From: Patescibacteria group bacterium
Lineage (GTDB): Bacteria > Patescibacteriota > Microgenomatia > PFEM01 > JAHIFH01
Direction: 5' to 3'
Assembly (NCBI GenBank): GCA_035529375.1
Contig: DATKWU010000009.1
Location: forward strand, 223,124-287,123
DNA length: 64,000 bases
The number at the start of each line of letters is the position of its first letter. Within the stretch, counting starts at the first letter, position 1. Positions 9,603 through 18,766 of the stretch are shown here, piece by piece. The position numbers were made by a program, and so were the translations under genes. The notes under the pieces were generated by a model that saw only the letters and a list, made by a program, of their open reading frames with translations, made no database searches and had not been told where the DNA came from.

Positions 9603-10502
9603 CTAAACACGGTCCTCACCTTTGTAGATTTTAGGCTCAAACCAATCAGGTTTTGGCTTCTCTATTTCCTCCTCTTCTTCTCTAGTTGGTTGCTTAAGAG
9701 CCGAAACTTTAGCAGGCATTGGTTTCAGAGGAGAGGTGCTTTTAGACTTTTTATTAGGCAATCTAACTTCTCGCCTTGCTCCCATTTTGAGACAAAGAGC
9801 GGCCGCTTCAAAGGTATCAGCACTCACTTTAGGTGAGGAAAATCGGTTGGTGGCTCGTTCAATTCCTTGAAAAAGATTAGTTCCAATATCCCTATCAGTC
9901 AATAATCTCAATAGTCCGATTAGTTTCGCCACTTCTTCAGAAAAGGAGGCGGCTGAAGGATCAACCAAGTTAATTTGGCCGTATTGTTGATTTCGAGAAT
10001 TATTATCTAAGTTAATAACCTGAGTCTCTTTAAAAGCTTCCTGATTATCTTTGTAAAGATTCCCTAAACTCTCTAAGGAACTAGCACCAATCGTAAAAAT
10101 CAAATCCACCTTCCCACCAGTGTAGGAAAATTCGACTTTATCTGAATCAAGAGGCGGATGACCAGGTCTAGGTTTAATCACTAAATTAAACTTACCATCT
10201 TCAATATTGTAACTGACCTTCTCAATCGCATCCTCAATATAATCAAAGGATATACTTAAGCTGTCTTTACCACCCTTAAGGCTATTTTCAATTTTATCAA
10301 CCCCGACGAGCGAAGAAAAACCAACCGTCATTTCGGTTGAACAGCCAATGTTTACTGATTTCTTGGTTGTTCCTAAAGAAAGATAGAGAGCCAAACCAGC
10401 TGCCACTTGATCAAAATTGGGATTTTGGGGCAAGGCAATAAAAACTGTTTGGGCAGTGGCAAGAGCGGATTGAATTTGAGAAGCCTGGCTTTGATTAATC
10501 AT
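9603..10502 (-). CDS. Hypothetical protein at the rbfA/truB/nrnA position; weak DHH-like N-terminus with degenerate catalytic motifs
   Basis: 299 aa between infB and xth. N-terminal VFIALPQNPNFDQVAAGLAL loosely resembles NrnA motif I (HxHxxPDxD) with D-to-N changes; no DHH or GGGH motifs. Confidence 0.25.
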   Translation of the reverse strand: MINQSQASQIQSALATAQTVFIALPQNPNFDQVAAGLALYLSLGTTKKSVNIGCSTEMTVGFSSLVGVDKIENSLKGGKDSLSISFDYIEDAIEKVSYNIEDGKFNLVIKPRPGHPPLDSDKVEFSYTGGKVDLIFTIGASSLESLGNLYKDNQEAFKETQVINLDNNSRNQQYGQINLVDPSAASFSEEVAKLIGLLRLLTDRDIGTNLFQGIERATNRFSSPKVSADTFEAAALCLKMGARREVRLPNKKSKSTSPLKPMPAKVSALKQPTREEEEEIEKPKPDWFEPKIYKGEDRV

Positions 10503-11951
10503 TTACTCTTCCACTTTTCGATAAGAGATTAGCACATCACCTATCTGGAAGTCAAGCGTAGGTGAGAGAATCGCCCCGAATTCCTCATCTTTTTTAGCTT
10601 TCTCAATATCCTTTTTCTCAGTTTTCATTGATCTGATACGACAGTTACCGATTAGCTCTCCAAGGCGTTGGAGATGAAGCTGATCAGTTTTTTTAATTTC
10701 ACCCTCAATTACCCGACAACCAGCCACTCGCTGTTTGTCGATCTCAAATTCCTGAAGCATCTCGGCGCGTCCCGAAATTTCTTCATCGGCCATGGGTTCT
10801 AGCTTTTTTTTAACCTTTTCTTCAATCTCTTCAAAAAATTTGTAAATAATCTGAAAAGGGCTAATTTTTACTTTTTCGGTGGCAGCTAATTTCTTAACTT
10901 TTCCTGGAGTTTTAACATTAAAAGCAATAATTTCTGCTCCTGTTGTTTCGGCCAACAAAACATCTGATTCGTTAACTTCACCTACACTTGAATTAATGAC
11001 TTTTACTCCCTCAGGCAAACCAGCTAAAATAGCTTCTAAACTACCATTAACATCAGCTTTGATAATCAAATTCAATTTTTCCTCATCAGTTTCTTCTTTT
11101 TTAACTAGACTAGGAATTGCTTTTTTTTCTAAGGAAACTGGTTCTTTTTCAGTCCGTCTAAGAGTACTACCAATTGTTGGTACGGTTTTAAAACCTAAGA
11201 CCTCAACTGGTTTGCTCGGACCGGTGGTTTTTACTCTTTGACCACTTTCATCAAACATGGCCTTGATTTTAGCAAAGGTACCATCAGCTTCAATCTGGTC
11301 ACCGACTCGTAAATTGCCATTCCTGACCAAAATTGTAGCTAAGGGACCACGATACTTATCTAACTTAGATTCGATCACTAGAGCTTTCAACTCAGCTCCT
11401 GGTTTCTCTTTAATTTCTTCCATCTCTGCCACTAACAAAATCATTTCCAAAAGTTCATCAATCCCTTTGCCTGTTTTGGCAGACACCGATACGCTCACAA
11501 TCTTACCCCCTTGGTCTTCGACCAAGACATTGTTCTTAGCTAAATTTGCTTTTACTTGCTTTAGATCAAAATGAGGTAAATCAATCTTGTTAATGGCGAC
11601 TAGATAGGGAATTTTCGCTTGTTCAATATATTTTAGACTCTCTAAAGTTTGGGGTTTAACACCTTCATCAGCCGCCACCACTAGAACGGCGAGATCAGCG
11701 ACTTTGGCACCCCGAGAACGCATCTCTGAAAAAGCGGCATGGCCGGGAGTATCAACAAAAGTAATGGTTTTGTTTTTAAATTTTATTTGGTAGGCACCAA
11801 TGTGTTGGGTAATACCGCCAAATTCTTTAGCAACGACATTGGTCTGACGAATCTTATCTAGAAGAGTGGTTTTACCGTGATCAACATGGCCAAGGATAAC
11901 CACCACTGGTGGTCGTGAAGAATTTTGAGAAATGTTTTTCTCCTTTGCCAT
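10503..11951 (-). CDS. infB: Translation initiation factor IF-2 (short form lacking N-terminal extension)
   Basis: G domain VVVILGHVDHGKTTLLD, DTPGH, NKID; 482 aa. Confidence 0.95.
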   Translation of the reverse strand: MAKEKNISQNSSRPPVVVILGHVDHGKTTLLDKIRQTNVVAKEFGGITQHIGAYQIKFKNKTITFVDTPGHAAFSEMRSRGAKVADLAVLVVAADEGVKPQTLESLKYIEQAKIPYLVAINKIDLPHFDLKQVKANLAKNNVLVEDQGGKIVSVSVSAKTGKGIDELLEMILLVAEMEEIKEKPGAELKALVIESKLDKYRGPLATILVRNGNLRVGDQIEADGTFAKIKAMFDESGQRVKTTGPSKPVEVLGFKTVPTIGSTLRRTEKEPVSLEKKAIPSLVKKEETDEEKLNLIIKADVNGSLEAILAGLPEGVKVINSSVGEVNESDVLLAETTGAEIIAFNVKTPGKVKKLAATEKVKISPFQIIYKFFEEIEEKVKKKLEPMADEEISGRAEMLQEFEIDKQRVAGCRVIEGEIKKTDQLHLQRLGELIGNCRIRSMKTEKKDIEKAKKDEEFGAILSPTLDFQIGDVLISYRKVEE

Positions 11952-11979
11952 TTTGATTTTTCCTGTCCCAAAGAACGAC

Positions 11980-13161
11980 TCATTTTAGTGATTTTTTAAT
12001 TTCTTCTGCCGCTTTGGGACCAATGCCTTTAATTGCTGCCACTGTATCTTTTTGTGATGCTAATTTTTTCTTTGTTTCAATACCAGCCGCTTCTAAAGTC
12101 GTAATCGTTCGCGTCGATAGACCTAGTTCTTCTAGCTCTGATGGTTTAGTTTTGGCCTTTTCTTTTTCTTTTTCAGTCTTCTTAACGATTTTTTCGGCAC
12201 CTTTAATATCAATTCTGTAACCAGTTAGTTTAGCGGCTAAACGAACATTCTGGCCTTCTTTACCAATCGCTAGAGAAAGTTGATCTTCAGGGACAGAAAC
12301 GATCGCTTCTTTTTTCTTTTCATTAAGTTTAACTTTAATCCCTTCCGCTGGTGAAAGAGCGGCCACAATAAATTTTTCCAGACTATCACTATACTGGATG
12401 ACATCAATTTTTTCGCCTTCAAGCTCGTCAATGACCGCCTGAACCCGGACGCCTTTTTGACCAACACAAGAACCAACTGGATCAACTCCTAATTGAGTTG
12501 AGGAAACCGCAATCTTTGTTCGACCGCCGCCTTCCCGAGCAATTACCTTAATTTCTACGGCGCCTGAAGCAACTTCAGGCACTTCCCGACGGAAAAGAGC
12601 CTCAACCAAACCGGGGTCGGCTCGAGAAACAATTACTTCTCGACCCCGGGCTGTGTCACGAATTTCTTTAATCAGGAAAGTAAGACGTTGATTAACCGAG
12701 TATCTTTCTGCCCTAATTTGTTCTTGGGGAGGCATAACTCCCTCGGCCTTACCAATATCCACAATTGCATTTGGCCCATCAAAGCGAATAATCATTCCAC
12801 TAACTAAGGTACCAGCACGCTTGGAATATTCATCCAGAATAGCGGTTTTTTCTGCTTCCCGAAGTTTTTGGATAATCACTTGTTTGGCAGTCATTGAAGC
12901 AATCCGACCAAAACCTGGTGGGGTAACTTCTTTCTTTTTCTCTTCTTCCTCTTCAGGAAACTCGTAGACCTTAAAGCCCCCTGTTTCCATATCCAAATCA
13001 ACACTATAATCCATACCCTCTTTGACACCATAATCTTTTCGATAAGCGGCTAAAACCGCTGATTTAATTGATTCTAAAGCCACATCAGGCTCAATGCCTT
13101 TTTCAGCACAAATCTGATTAAGGGCAGAAGCAAATTCGGTTCTCGCTTTAAGAACAGTCAT
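11980..13161 (-). CDS. nusA: Transcription termination/antitermination factor NusA
   Basis: NusA N-domain, S1, two KH and C-terminal HhH. Start set at ATG 13161 (MTVLKAR); the TTG at 13206 in the ORF track would read through the upstream terminator hairpin. Confidence 0.9.
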   Translation of the reverse strand: MTVLKARTEFASALNQICAEKGIEPDVALESIKSAVLAAYRKDYGVKEGMDYSVDLDMETGGFKVYEFPEEEEEKKKEVTPPGFGRIASMTAKQVIIQKLREAEKTAILDEYSKRAGTLVSGMIIRFDGPNAIVDIGKAEGVMPPQEQIRAERYSVNQRLTFLIKEIRDTARGREVIVSRADPGLVEALFRREVPEVASGAVEIKVIAREGGGRTKIAVSSTQLGVDPVGSCVGQKGVRVQAVIDELEGEKIDVIQYSDSLEKFIVAALSPAEGIKVKLNEKKKEAIVSVPEDQLSLAIGKEGQNVRLAAKLTGYRIDIKGAEKIVKKTEKEKEKAKTKPSELEELGLSTRTITTLEAAGIETKKKLASQKDTVAAIKGIGPKAAEEIKKSLK

Positions 13162-13185
13162 CTTTTTTCTTTTTTTATTTAAAAA

Positions 13186-13202
13186 GGTGGGAAGTTCCCA
13201 CC
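13186..13202 (-). terminator. Stem-loop GGTGGGAACTTCCCACC followed by a T-run on the minus strand; likely terminator of the upstream small membrane ORF
   Basis: Perfect 7-bp GC-rich stem plus TTTTTAAATAAAAAAAG directly before the nusA ATG. Confidence 0.5.
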
Positions 13203-13262
13203 TCAAAACTCATTTAACCAAACTAATTCTAACACCGAATAAAAAAGAAGTCAAAAATTGGC

Positions 13263-13604
13263 TTAGGAGATAAGAAGAATTAAAACAATCAAAAAAGTAA
13301 AAAGAGCTAACCAAGCCGTCATAAAAATAATTAATTTAAAAGCTTCCATAGTCTGTTTTCTTTCCCAAAACAAGATAAAGGCATAACCAAAAGCAATCAG
13401 AGCACAAATTAAAGCGGAAACAATAAATAAAACCAAAAAGAATAAGGGGCCCCAGTAATAAGAAATTGGCCCGAACAATTTTTCACCGCGCCAAAACAAC
13501 AAACCCACTAAACTACAATAAAACAACAGACCTAGGGCTTGGAAAAAAGCAACGAAAGGTAAAGAGAAATCTTTCTTTTTCCTAAAAAGTGGACACATTT
13601 TCAT
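13263..13604 (-). CDS. Hypothetical small membrane protein (about 4 TM)
   Basis: 113 aa, predominantly hydrophobic. Confidence 0.35.
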   Translation of the reverse strand: MKMCPLFRKKKDFSLPFVAFFQALGLLFYCSLVGLLFWRGEKLFGPISYYWGPLFFLVLFIVSALICALIAFGYAFILFWERKQTMEAFKLIIFMTAWLALFTFLIVLILLIS

Positions 13605-13662
13605 TCTTAAATAATTATAACTTAACGATCAAATAAATTTTCAACCATGTTAAAATATAGAT

Positions 13663-14550
13663 ATGTCTCCAAAGAAAAACTGGGCGATTATTTCTCTTGT
13701 TTTTGCTACCTTACTCTATGGTCTCTATGGTGTTTATTCTCGCCTAATTGGCCTTGATTTTGGTGTTTTTTATCAAAATTTCCTAAGAAATCTAATTGTA
13801 GCGGTTATTCTTATATTCTATTTATCCCTCAAAAAAGAATGGCAACGAATCAAAATTAAAGACATCAAATGGATTATTGCCTGGGTTTTTAGTGGCTTTA
13901 TTGCGATTATCACAATCTTTATTGCCTTCAATAAAATTCCTATTGGTATGGCTCTTTTCATCTTCTATGCCGGCTCAATCATTAGTGGTTACTTAATTGG
14001 TAGTCTATTTTTTGGCGAAAAATTATCAAGAATTAAACTTTTTTCAATTATTTTAACTTTTATCGGTCTTGCTTTAATCTACTCCCTGAATTTCGAAATA
14101 AACAAGTCGAAATATCTTCTCTTCGCTCTAATTGCTGGTTTTTCAACCGGCATCTGGAACACGCTTTCTAAAAAGGTCTCAAATAAATATTCTCACATAC
14201 AATTAATTTTTATTGATGCCTTATTGCATGTTTTTTTAAGCCTCCCCTTAATATTTATCTGGAACGAAAAATTATCTTTCCCAAAACTATCAGTTCCCTG
14301 GGTAACCATTCTCGCTTTTGCTCTAACTCAAATAGTAGTAGTTAAGCTTATTATTTATGGCTTTAGGCATTTAGAAGCTCATCTTGGCACTTTAGTCATG
14401 CCTCTAGAAGTATTCTTTGGTGCTCTTTTTGGTTTTATTTTCTTTAAAGAAGTTCTTTCTTTTTACACAATCATTGGAGGTTTGATTATAATATCAGGGT
14501 TTATATTGCCAAACTTACTAATCAATCAAAAAGGCAAATCATCAGAGTAA
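13663..14550 (+). CDS. EamA/DMT-superfamily transporter
   Basis: 295 aa, about 10 TM in two repeated halves typical of EamA. Confidence 0.65.
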   Translation: MSPKKNWAIISLVFATLLYGLYGVYSRLIGLDFGVFYQNFLRNLIVAVILIFYLSLKKEWQRIKIKDIKWIIAWVFSGFIAIITIFIAFNKIPIGMALFIFYAGSIISGYLIGSLFFGEKLSRIKLFSIILTFIGLALIYSLNFEINKSKYLLFALIAGFSTGIWNTLSKKVSNKYSHIQLIFIDALLHVFLSLPLIFIWNEKLSFPKLSVPWVTILAFALTQIVVVKLIIYGFRHLEAHLGTLVMPLEVFFGALFGFIFFKEVLSFYTIIGGLIIISGFILPNLLINQKGKSSE

Positions 14551-15428
14551 AGTTCTTCTTCATTAACTTTTTTAGTTAATTCTTTGACCTTGTTTTTAGC
14601 AGGACAAAAACTCGTAAAAAGACAATATTTACAGAGTTTGCTTGGTCGGGGCTGCCAATCTGCAGTCTCTTTTATTTTCTCTATTTTCTCTAAAACTTTA
14701 TCTTTAATCACCTCGCTTTTCTTTTCTATTTTAAAGCTCTTTTTTTTACCTGATTTTAAAAAGAAAAAACTGGTTTTCTTGACTGGCTGGTCAAAATTTG
14801 ATTCCGCCAATAATTGGTAAAAATCCAACTGAAAGGGGTTGGTTTCTTCTTTTTTTGAGGTTTTAAAATCAATAATATGAAGGCTATCCTTATTCTTGGT
14901 AATCAAATCAAACTTACCGCTAATGTCATAATCATCAGTTAAGGGAACAATTAAATCCTGATAATCTTTGATTGAATGAAGAAAATCTTCGGTCGGCAGA
15001 TAATGAATGGCTGGATTTTCCTCAGCCATCTTTAAAAAATTTCTTAACATCCTAATTCCCTCAGCATAAACCCCTCTTTCTTCTTCAAGACTTTCAAACC
15101 CACCCCATTCTAATAAAGGTGGTTTTTTGTTCCACCTGGCTTCACTGAGCCAAGTTTCGGCTAATTTTTTCATTAAATTTTCTTTTGTTCGATGGGCTAA
15201 GGGCAGGTAATAATAAGAGGTAATCGCATTATGGACCGCTTTACCGAGAGTATGGAAAGAATAAATATTCTCTGGCATCTGTTTTAACTTGGTCTTCATC
15301 TTCCTTTTGACGGGATCAAGATAGGAAAAAAAATATTGTTGAGGACACTCCTCAAAAAGATTTAATTTAGTCGGAGAGTAAATCTTATCGTAATCAATTT
15401 TTTGTTGGTCTTTAACTACTTTAGTCAT
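14526..15428 (-). CDS. PD-(D/E)XK nuclease, Cas4/RecB-like with C-terminal Cys cluster
   Basis: N-terminal Cys (EECPQQYFF), IIDFKTSKK (D/EXK motif), C-terminal CKYCLFTSFC. Confidence 0.6.
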   Translation of the reverse strand: MTKVVKDQQKIDYDKIYSPTKLNLFEECPQQYFFSYLDPVKRKMKTKLKQMPENIYSFHTLGKAVHNAITSYYYLPLAHRTKENLMKKLAETWLSEARWNKKPPLLEWGGFESLEEERGVYAEGIRMLRNFLKMAEENPAIHYLPTEDFLHSIKDYQDLIVPLTDDYDISGKFDLITKNKDSLHIIDFKTSKKEETNPFQLDFYQLLAESNFDQPVKKTSFFFLKSGKKKSFKIEKKSEVIKDKVLEKIEKIKETADWQPRPSKLCKYCLFTSFCPAKNKVKELTKKVNEEELYSDDLPF

Positions 15429-15539
15429 TTGAACTACTTAACGTATTAATCATAACAATATTAATTATAGCAAAACCTTGAAAACTTATTTGCTAAAATC
15501 TCAACTTTTATATACAATCTCTCAATCTGCCCTTTCATT

Positions 15540-16343
15540 ATGAGTAGAATTGAACAGGGCATCATTCCACCAGAAGTTGATCTTTCTGTTGACTCTAAAG
15601 TCATTAGGCAAGTCGAAAAGCTCTTAGGAACTGAGCCAAATATAGAACGGGCAAGAGAATGGATCCATAGTCCAGAAAAACAAAGAAGAGAAAAAATAAT
15701 TGCAGGGGCCATTCTCACTTGCCTTACACCTCTTCTTTCCCTTTCGGCTCGTGGAGTATTGCGTGTTGATGGTGAACCAGCTTTTTATAAATATACCGTG
15801 GCTTTTCCAGGACCAAACAGAACTTTAATTAATCCAAGAGAATTTACAAAAGTACGGACTTTAAGATTAAACACTAGTGATCAAGAAAAAAGTCCTTTTG
15901 AAACAACAGCCTTTCAAGGAGGAAGAAAAAAAGAGTATGAGGAAACAGACCCTCGTGTTCATTCGCAATTAGGAAGTTTACTTAGAAAAACGGGCTTAGA
16001 TGAAATCCCTCAACTTGAGGATGTTATTAATGGTGAAGTCTCTCTTATCGGTTTGCGTCCTTTTACTCTTGAAGAAATCAAAGGTTTACGCGTTGTTCTT
16101 GAAAATTTAGACCAAAGAGAGGAGCTTAAAGAATATCTAGAAAATTATTCAGAAATAATGGCTTATATTCTCCCTCTTCCTAGTATGGCTGGTCCTTATG
16201 CGGCTACTCTTAAGAAAAAATTAACTCTTATCGAAAGACTTGTTCTTGACCAACTTTATTGTCTTTGCGCCACTAAAGAAGGTGATAATCGAATCTTGGC
16301 CCGCTCAATAATCACCACTCTCAAAAGAACTGGGGCAAAATAA
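15540..16343 (+). CDS. Bacterial sugar transferase family (polyprenyl-phosphate hexose-1-phosphate transferase, PglC/WbaP-like); divergent
   Basis: RKTGLDEIPQLEDVINGEVSLIGLRP matches the Bac_transf signature (catalytic DE dyad retained, PRP changed to LRP); membrane helix at about aa 53-75. Confidence 0.55.
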   Translation: MSRIEQGIIPPEVDLSVDSKVIRQVEKLLGTEPNIERAREWIHSPEKQRREKIIAGAILTCLTPLLSLSARGVLRVDGEPAFYKYTVAFPGPNRTLINPREFTKVRTLRLNTSDQEKSPFETTAFQGGRKKEYEETDPRVHSQLGSLLRKTGLDEIPQLEDVINGEVSLIGLRPFTLEEIKGLRVVLENLDQREELKEYLENYSEIMAYILPLPSMAGPYAATLKKKLTLIERLVLDQLYCLCATKEGDNRILARSIITTLKRTGAK

Positions 16344-16381
16344 GAAAAATTTTCTCTAAACCTGTTATAATTATTCTGGTT

Positions 16382-16627
16382 ATGGAAAAACATTTAAAAA
16401 TAGCTTCATTAATAACCGGTGTTTCTTTTGCTCTTCTAATTCTTTCTATTCTTCTTCATAACTTTCTCTCCGGTCTCTTGGGAATCGAGGAACCAATCTT
16501 CTTCTCTTTTTTTCTGGTCCTAGCTCTTATTTTACCTTTTGCCCTTCTTTATTTGGCAATTGTCTCCGTCATTTTTTTAATTAAAAGGGGATTTGGATTA
16601 AAAAAGAAGTCACTCTTCAAAAAATAA
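16382..16627 (+). CDS. Hypothetical small membrane protein (2 TM)
   Basis: 81 aa hydrophobic ORF. Confidence 0.3.
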   Translation: MEKHLKIASLITGVSFALLILSILLHNFLSGLLGIEEPIFFSFFLVLALILPFALLYLAIVSVIFLIKRGFGLKKKSLFKK

Positions 16628-16636
16628 AGGCTCCAA

Positions 16637-17113
16637 TTATTTAAAAGTCAAAGCCACCCAATTACCCAAATAATGAGCAAGAATAATAACAATCAAGGCC
16701 ACTAATAAATGTTCACCAACTACCCGCCAACGATTAGTTTTTTCTAACTCAGCCATTTTCAAACTAAAAATCGCTAACAAGACAGTCCCCCAGATAGCAC
16801 TCACCAAAACCGCTAAAGGCAAATCAAAAATTAAAACGGGAATGATAAAGGTTGAAGCAAAAAAAAGTTTGGTAAAAAAGGTCGCCAAAGTCGCTAGCCA
16901 GATTTCTTTTGAAGAATGTTTGTTTTCTGATTCTTCAGAAACATGAATGCCCAAAGCATCGGAAAAAGCATCAGCAACAGCAATTGTTAAGATACCACCG
17001 ATAACCGCCAATTGAGAATGAGTCCCGGACTGCAAACCAACCATCAAACCTAGGGTAGTAATAATGCCTGAGGTCAAACCAAAACTAAAACCGGTTTTGA
17101 TTGAATCTTTCAT
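16637..17113 (-). CDS. VIT1/CCC1-like (DUF125) membrane protein, tentative
   Basis: Gly-rich TM pattern FSFGLTSGIITTLGLMVGLQSG and C-terminal TM resemble VIT-family proteins; 158 aa. Confidence 0.35.
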   Translation of the reverse strand: MKDSIKTGFSFGLTSGIITTLGLMVGLQSGTHSQLAVIGGILTIAVADAFSDALGIHVSEESENKHSSKEIWLATLATFFTKLFFASTFIIPVLIFDLPLAVLVSAIWGTVLLAIFSLKMAELEKTNRWRVVGEHLLVALIVIILAHYLGNWVALTFK

Positions 17114-17117
17114 TAAG

Positions 17118-17525
17118 CTATCTGTTCATAAGAGTAATCGAGAGTTGCAAAAAAGTAGCAATGCTCACCCAAATCAGATAAGGAATTTGAAGAAAAGCTA
17201 AGATTTTTGAGTGAGGAAAAATCGCCACCATCCCCCAAACAATTGTTAGCCAAACAACCAAGATATCAAAACTAGCTAAAGGCAAGTTTTTCAAGCCAAA
17301 TAAAATAGGTGTAAAAGCAAAATTAGCTATCAGATTAATAATAAAAGGTAAGGCGACAATCAAAACGATTTCTTTCTTAATCAGCCGATAAAAGATAACA
17401 GTAAAGGTAATCAGAATAAGAGGATAAAGGATTGTCCAAATAGTGCTAATTGTTCCGGAAGTCGGTGTCCAACTAGGCTTTACCAAAGCTTGATACCAAT
17501 CTTGCCAATTCCAACTGGTTAACAT
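17118..17525 (-). CDS. TspO/MBR-family tryptophan-rich membrane protein, tentative
   Basis: WYQALVKPSWTPTSGTISTIWTILYPLI matches the TspO signature WYxxLxKPxxxP...VWxxLY. Confidence 0.45.
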   Translation of the reverse strand: MLTSWNWQDWYQALVKPSWTPTSGTISTIWTILYPLILITFTVIFYRLIKKEIVLIVALPFIINLIANFAFTPILFGLKNLPLASFDILVVWLTIVWGMVAIFPHSKILAFLQIPYLIWVSIATFLQLSITLMNR

Positions 17526-17544
17526 AAATTCAGTATATCATTTC

Positions 17545-17745
17545 ATAGGGAGAAGAAGAAGGTGGCAAGCGGATTCTTATGATGCTGAAGGCACGCTGAG
17601 CACCATCAACACTATCGTTCCGATGATGATCGGCAGGATCACTGAAAGGTCAACGAGAACCTCTTTCCACAGCTCCTCATAGGGACGAGCTAACTCTGGG
17701 TATATTTCTCCCTCCTTTCCAGTTCACTACCTTCTTCTCAAACTA
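17545..17745. ncRNA. Candidate structured ncRNA or long structured leader; identity unassigned
   Basis: About 50 % GC in a 328-nt ORF-free gap. Purine tract GGGAGAAGAAGAAGG (17547-17561) is complementary to the pyrimidine tract CCTTCTTCTC (17729-17738); internal hairpin CCGAT-GATG-ATCGG. Confidence 0.3.
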
Positions 17746-17853
17746 CTAGAGCCGAATCCAAAAACCCGAAACGCTATGTTTCGAGCAGGATTAAACTAAT
17801 TATAATACCTTTCCTCAAATTTTTTAATTAATTTCCTATCTTTTCCTGCTCTC

Positions 17854-18759
17854 TTACTCTTCAAATTTTTTAATAGCTTCTTTTTGTTCCTCAGTTAATC
17901 TTTTTGGGATTTTGATTTGCAATCTGACGTATTGATCACCTCGACCAAAACCATGAAGTTTCTTGATACCTCTGCTTCGAAGACGAATCATTGTTCCGGG
18001 TTGGGTCCCAGAACGAATTTTTAGTCTAACCTCACCATCAATGGTTGGTACTTCTGTTGTTCCGCCCGATACCGCCATACTTAAAGGAATTTTGTGGTTA
18101 ACAAAAACATCAGCGCCATCTCTTTGAAAAATTTTATCTGGCTGAACATCAATGGTGACATCAAAATCGCGAAAGCGAATTCGAGAACCATCATCAACTC
18201 CAACCGGAATTTTAATTGTCTTTTTTTGCCCATCAAGATTAACATTTTTTTCTGTTCCCTTAGCCGCTTCCATAAAAGAAAGACTTAAGCCATAACGCGG
18301 TTTGGCTTCTCTTCTGCCAAAAGGAACTCCGCCACCAAAAAATTGTTCAAAAATCTCAAAAGGATCGGAAAAACCGCCAAAATCGAATTCAACACCTGGA
18401 CCACCGCCCCCACCATAAGTGGTGTAAGTGTAGGTAAAAGGTCCTTGTTTGTAGGTCCGAGTCTGACCTCCGCCAAAAGGACCGCCAGCAAAACCACCTG
18501 GTCCGGCTCCAGCACCAGCCCCGCCATAACGGGGGTCAAAAGCCGCATGACCAAACTGATCATAAGTTTCTTTTTTCTTGGGATCAGAGAGAATTTCGTA
18601 AGCTTCGTTTATCTCTTTGAATTTTTCGTTGGCGCTAGAAGATTTATTTCTGTCTGGATGCCATTCTAAAGCTTTTTTTCGGTAAGCCTTTCTTATTTCG
18701 TCTTTAGAGGCATTTTTGGAAACATCGAGGATGTCGTAATAATCTCGCTTGGTCGCCAT
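17854..18759 (-). CDS. dnaJ: DnaJ-class co-chaperone (type II/CbpA-like: J-domain, G/F region, no zinc finger)
   Basis: J-domain [33 protein letters not shown]; Gly/Phe-rich linker; C-terminal substrate-binding domains; no CxxCxGxG repeats. Confidence 0.8.
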   Translation of the reverse strand: MATKRDYYDILDVSKNASKDEIRKAYRKKALEWHPDRNKSSSANEKFKEINEAYEILSDPKKKETYDQFGHAAFDPRYGGAGAGAGPGGFAGGPFGGGQTRTYKQGPFTYTYTTYGGGGGPGVEFDFGGFSDPFEIFEQFFGGGVPFGRREAKPRYGLSLSFMEAAKGTEKNVNLDGQKKTIKIPVGVDDGSRIRFRDFDVTIDVQPDKIFQRDGADVFVNHKIPLSMAVSGGTTEVPTIDGEVRLKIRSGTQPGTMIRLRSRGIKKLHGFGRGDQYVRLQIKIPKRLTEEQKEAIKKFEE

Positions 18760-18766
18760 TTCATTT

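Noticed and set aside
17590-17655. 21-aa hydrophobic peptide (GTG-VILPIIIGTIVLMVLSVPSAS) on the minus strand of the 17.5 kb GC-rich gap; considered as a type-I toxin or KdpF-like sORF
   Set aside because: There is no ATG, the nearest SD-like GAGG is 17 nt away, and the frame is closed by an upstream TGA. The region's features fit a structured RNA better.
17526-17853. tmRNA, RNase P RNA or tRNA in the 17.5 kb gap
   Set aside because: There is no GGGG...tag-ORF...T-arm-CCA layout, no GGAAAGUCCGG/ACAGAACCCGG P4 strands, and the apparent T-arm-like segment GAATCCGC lacks a complementary 5' T-stem. Kept only as a generic ncRNA candidate.
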